A DNA stretch of 28,754 nucleotides from Candidatus Krumholzibacteriia bacterium (GTDB taxonomy: Bacteria; Krumholzibacteriota; Krumholzibacteriia; LZORAL124-64-63): positions 1 through 28,754 of the forward strand of contig JAZBOO010000327.1 of NCBI GenBank assembly GCA_036351155.1, read 5' to 3'. Within the stretch, counting starts at the first letter, position 1. Every line of letters starts with the position of its first letter. Shown here piece after piece: positions 27,340 through 28,754 of this stretch. The notes below the pieces were generated by a model. The model saw only the letters and a list, made by a program, of their open reading frames with translations, was not told the DNA's origin and did no database searches. The translations under genes and the position numbers were made by a program.

Positions 27340-28206
27340 ATGCGGAACAATTCGTTTTTCAACCGATTTGACGGGCCGGTGTCCGGTGCGAGGAATGGAG
27401 ACAGTAATTCTCCGGATTTCCATATGTCCTCCACTTTTTCGACTCACGGCGGTTCCGCTGCCCTTGCGCAACCTCGATTTGTTGAGGCCGCTCCTGCCTT
27501 TCGTCCGGCTGGCGGGCAGACACTCGTGCCCATGGATATGCGACTGCCTGGCCCGGTGTACCTCAAGCTGAAGCGTGTTTTCGACATCGTGGTCTCCCTG
27601 GCGGCCCTGGCGGTCTTCGGGCTTTTTCTGCCCTTGCTGGCTCTGTTGATCAAGCTCGACAGCCCCGGTCCTGTGTTTTACAGCCAGGAGCGGGTGGGGA
27701 TCAATCGTCGTCAGCGTCACCGGCGTGGTGCCGAGCGTCAGAGCAACGATCGCCGCAAAATCCTGCGGCCCGGGAAGTCTTTCCGGGTGCACAAGATCCG
27801 GAGCATGCGGACCGACGCCGAGGCCAAGGGTGCCCAGTGGGCCACCAAGAACGACAGCCGTATCACCCGCATGGGCCGTTTCCTCCGGAAAACCCGGATC
27901 GATGAACTGCCTCAGTTTTACAATGTGCTCAAGGGTGAAATGAGCCTGATCGGACCGCGGCCCGAGCGCCTGGTCTTCGTGCATCAGCTGGAGAAAGACA
28001 TTCCGGATTTCCGGGATCGTCTGCTGGTGAAGCCCGGGATCACGGGTCTGGCCCAGGTGATCAACGGTTACGATGACAGCATCGACTCGGCCCGACGGAA
28101 GGTCGAGCTGGACAAGAAATATATCAACAGTGCCGGGTGGCCCCAGGATATAAAAATCCTGGCCTCGACCGTGGGAGTTGTCATCAAGGGGGAGGGCGCT
28201 CTCTGA
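27340..28206 (+). CDS. Bacterial sugar transferase (priming phosphoglycosyl transferase, Bac_transf family)
   Basis: LKRVFDIVVS, IKLDSPGPVFYSQERVG, KIRSM, DSRITRMGRFLRKTRIDELPQFYNVLKGEMSLIGPRPER, VKPGITGLAQV. N-terminal start uncertain. Confidence 0.95.
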   Translation: MRNNSFFNRFDGPVSGARNGDSNSPDFHMSSTFSTHGGSAALAQPRFVEAAPAFRPAGGQTLVPMDMRLPGPVYLKLKRVFDIVVSLAALAVFGLFLPLLALLIKLDSPGPVFYSQERVGINRRQRHRRGAERQSNDRRKILRPGKSFRVHKIRSMRTDAEAKGAQWATKNDSRITRMGRFLRKTRIDELPQFYNVLKGEMSLIGPRPERLVFVHQLEKDIPDFRDRLLVKPGITGLAQVINGYDDSIDSARRKVELDKKYINSAGWPQDIKILASTVGVVIKGEGAL

Positions 28207-28230
28207 CCTCGATATTGCGCCCGGTACTCG

Positions 28231-28262
28231 GCCCGCCACCTTCATGGTGGCGGGCTTTTTTT
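28231..28262 (+). terminator. Intrinsic terminator after the sugar transferase
   Basis: GCCCGCCACC-ttcat-GGTGGCGGGC followed by 7 T. Confidence 0.9.
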
Positions 28263-28282
28263 GAGGTCTGAACGAATCCTCC

Positions 28283-28311
28283 TTGCGACCCGCTACCTTA
28301 CCGATGATAAT
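28283..28311 (+). promoter_or_regulatory. Candidate sigma-70 promoter giving a leaderless transcript
   Basis: TTGCGA (28283-28288)-N17-GATAAT (28306-28311), 7 nt before ATG 28319. Confidence 0.45.
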
Positions 28312-28318
28312 CCCGAGC

Positions 28319-28754
28319 ATGAAACCTGTACTGCTGGTCATCGATGACGAAGAGGCCATTCGCCTCTTTCTGGAAGCCACCCTGGAAGACGAGGGCTACG
28401 AGGTCGTGACCCACGGTCTGGGGCAGTCTGCTCTGGATGATCTGGACAAGATCAACCCTGATCTGGTTCTCCTGGATTTGATGTTGCCGGATATGAGTGG
28501 CATCAAGGTCCTGGAACAGATCAAGTCGAGGTTGCCGCACGTCTGCGTGATCATGGTCACCGCCTACGACAAGACCGATTCGGCCGTTCAGGCCATGAAA
28601 CTCAATGCCTATGATTACGTGAGCAAACCCATCCAGCTGGAACAGCTGTTCAAGGTGGTGGCGCGTGGTCTGGAGGAGTCCCGGGAAGCGCGGGCCATGT
28701 TCAAGGCCACCAATAACTCCGACCTTTTTCGCGGAATCGCCGACCAGGTTCCCA
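28319..28754 (+). CDS. Response regulator (receiver domain, NtrC/AtoC-like N-terminus), 3'-truncated by window edge
   Basis: Not in the ORF track; manual translation MKPVLLVIDDEEAIR..PDLVLLDLMLPDMSG..VIMVTAY..AVQAMKLNAYDYVSKP. The output domain lies outside the window. Confidence 0.93.
   Translation, partial: MKPVLLVIDDEEAIRLFLEATLEDEGYEVVTHGLGQSALDDLDKINPDLVLLDLMLPDMSGIKVLEQIKSRLPHVCVIMVTAYDKTDSAVQAMKLNAYDYVSKPIQLEQLFKVVARGLEESREARAMFKATNNSDLFRGIADQVP

Noticed and set aside
21854..28754. Genomic island integrated at tRNA-Arg
   Set aside because: No integrase, no duplicated tRNA 3' end seen in the window, and coding style resembles the core genes.

Overview
GC-rich bacterial chromosomal window, mostly a + strand housekeeping backbone flanked by cell-surface glycan genes. 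Order: two glycosyltransferases (GT4 partial, GT2); a stand-alone dnaK; a short sigma-70 factor lacking region 1.1; tRNA-Val(GAC); thrS-infC-rpmI-rplT-pheS-pheT; zapB-like, zapA, 6S RNA, rny; folD-ispA-DUF212-dxs-nadK-recN; tRNA-Arg(CCG); two small membrane proteins; UDP-HexNAc dehydrogenase, epimerase and an OPX/Wza-like export protein; an opposite-strand UPF0104 flippase-like protein; a phosphoglycosyl transferase; and a truncated response regulator. I saw no mobile element, CRISPR array or defence system, and I cannot support a claim of a wholly new multi-gene system. The most interesting signals are non-coding: a thrS leader hairpin resembling a tRNA-Thr anticodon arm, an L20-leader attenuator plus AUC start for infC, a 6S RNA overlapping zapA, stacked promoters of several sigma classes before the sigma gene, and a sigma-54-like architecture before the orphan dnaK. 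A small membrane protein ending in a DnaK-tail-like motif is also notable. All calls were made by eye from motifs and base pairing; no searches were run.
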